In this document: piece by piece, positions 54,138 to 54,639 of the stretch
How the letters are laid out: the number at the start of each line of letters is the position of its first letter
Position numbering within the stretch: position 1 is the stretch's first letter
From: Crocinitomicaceae bacterium
GTDB lineage: Bacteria > Bacteroidota > Bacteroidia > Flavobacteriales_D > Crocinitomicaceae
Assembly (NCBI GenBank): GCA_030833265.1
Contig: JAURHO010000001.1
Span: 1-54,639 of the forward strand
Length of the DNA: 54,639 bases
Direction: 5' to 3'
Notes under the pieces: model-generated
The model's input: the letters and a program-made list of their open reading frames with translations, nothing else
The model's database searches: none
What the model was told of the DNA's origin: nothing
Translations under genes and position numbers: made by a program

Positions 54138-54639
54138 ATGAAAGCCCTATTTCTCTCTCTATTCTTATCTTTTAGCCTCATCGCTTTGTCTCAAGACGGA
54201 ATTTTCATTCATCTTGACGGTCAAACAGCAGATATCTCTGGTCAAATACATACCGTTGCCGTCACAAGCGGGTCTTCTTTTGATGTTCCATTCGACGTAG
54301 TTAATAACACCGGTACTTCCAAACAATGGAGAATCACGCGTTACAAGGTTAGTACACCTGCAGGTTGGGCCGATGGTCTTTGCTGGGGACATGCTACTGA
54401 CCCTTTTGGTGGCACTTGTTATTCATCAACTCAAATGAATAGCAACCCTTGGACAACTCCAGGAACACAAACTGTATTGTTCACTTTACTAGATGGCGAA
54501 TACGGCAAAATGAAAGTCTCCGTTGACCCAGAAGACAACACTTATGGCCAAGCTCATTACAGATACTACATTTCAACAAATGGAGTAAATATGCTTGATT
54601 CCGTAGACCTCATCGTCGATTACACGGCAAGTATCAAAC
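54138..54639 (+). CDS. Partial (3'-truncated by window edge) secreted protein, unknown function
   Basis: ATG 54138 opens a frame with no stop to the end of the window (167 codons). It was not in the supplied ORF track, probably because it lacks a stop. N terminus MKALFLSLFLSFSLIALSQ is a signal peptide. A TATTTTTG motif lies at 54110-54117. It displaces the listed antisense ORF 54165-54392. Confidence 0.6.
   Translation, partial: MKALFLSLFLSFSLIALSQDGIFIHLDGQTADISGQIHTVAVTSGSSFDVPFDVVNNTGTSKQWRITRYKVSTPAGWADGLCWGHATDPFGGTCYSSTQMNSNPWTTPGTQTVLFTLLDGEYGKMKVSVDPEDNTYGQAHYRYYISTNGVNMLDSVDLIVDYTASIK

Noticed and set aside
54165-54392. A 75-aa minus-strand ORF in the last intergenic-looking stretch.
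   Set aside because: The plus strand carries a longer open frame from ATG 54138 to the window end. That frame has a clean signal peptide and a TAnnTTTG motif 20 nt upstream. The minus ORF is its antisense shadow.
1-54639. A window-wide look for CRISPR repeats, tRNA/rRNA genes, IS elements, integrases, phage modules, toxin-antitoxin pairs, restriction-modification genes or other defence genes.
   Set aside because: Nothing was found. All spacers over 50 nt are accounted for by promoters or the one terminator. No ORF of 100 aa or more lacks a place in the housekeeping or envelope gene map. No repeated spacer-like periodicity was seen. The window is best described as core chromosome.

Overview
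This is a dense, almost gap-free 54.6-kb chromosomal segment. It looks like core genome of a Bacteroidota organism, probably Flavobacteriia-like.

Evidence for that placement:
- Three T9SS C-terminal sorting domains are present.
- The Bacteroidota -7 promoter motif TAnnTTTG precedes most transcription units.
- Start-codon contexts are A-rich with no Shine-Dalgarno sequence.
- The synteny blocks dut/NTP-transferase/TPR/DUF4292-like/EnvC-like, short-GlgA/DUF4270-like/glmS divergent from panCD, and hemD/DUF4271-like match what I recall as typical of the phylum.

I call 43 CDS, with the first and last cut by the window edges. Most are recognisable housekeeping genes: serS, lysS, mutS, dxr, ispG, glmS, panC, panD, dut, udk, hemW, hemD, rpoN, a TrmH-family methyltransferase, a glutaryl-CoA-dehydrogenase-like ACAD and a bacilliredoxin.

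I see no rRNA, tRNA, CRISPR array, transposase, integrase, phage gene or recognisable defence gene. There is no overt accessory island, so the hunt findings are leads inside an ordinary region and are scored accordingly.

The best leads are:
1. A translationally coupled 7-gene minus-strand operon (46417-54004). A TlpA-like thioredoxin, a beta-barrel with a C-terminal Cys pair and a CxxC lipoprotein sit directly upstream of rpoN, and three envelope proteins follow it.
2. A palindromic sigma-54-type -24/-12 element in the divergent promoter region next to that operon.
3. An RluA pseudouridine synthase fused to a roughly 335-aa N-terminal Cys-motif and coiled-coil domain.
4. A T9SS-exported protein whose N-terminal domain is a TlpA-like thioredoxin with a canonical WCGPC site. 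Its codon usage looks like that of a highly expressed gene, and it has the only strong intrinsic terminator in the window.
5. A 1189-aa orphan NtrY-like histidine kinase with a very large polytopic sensor region, translationally coupled to udk.

All family names are assigned by eye from motifs. No database search was run.
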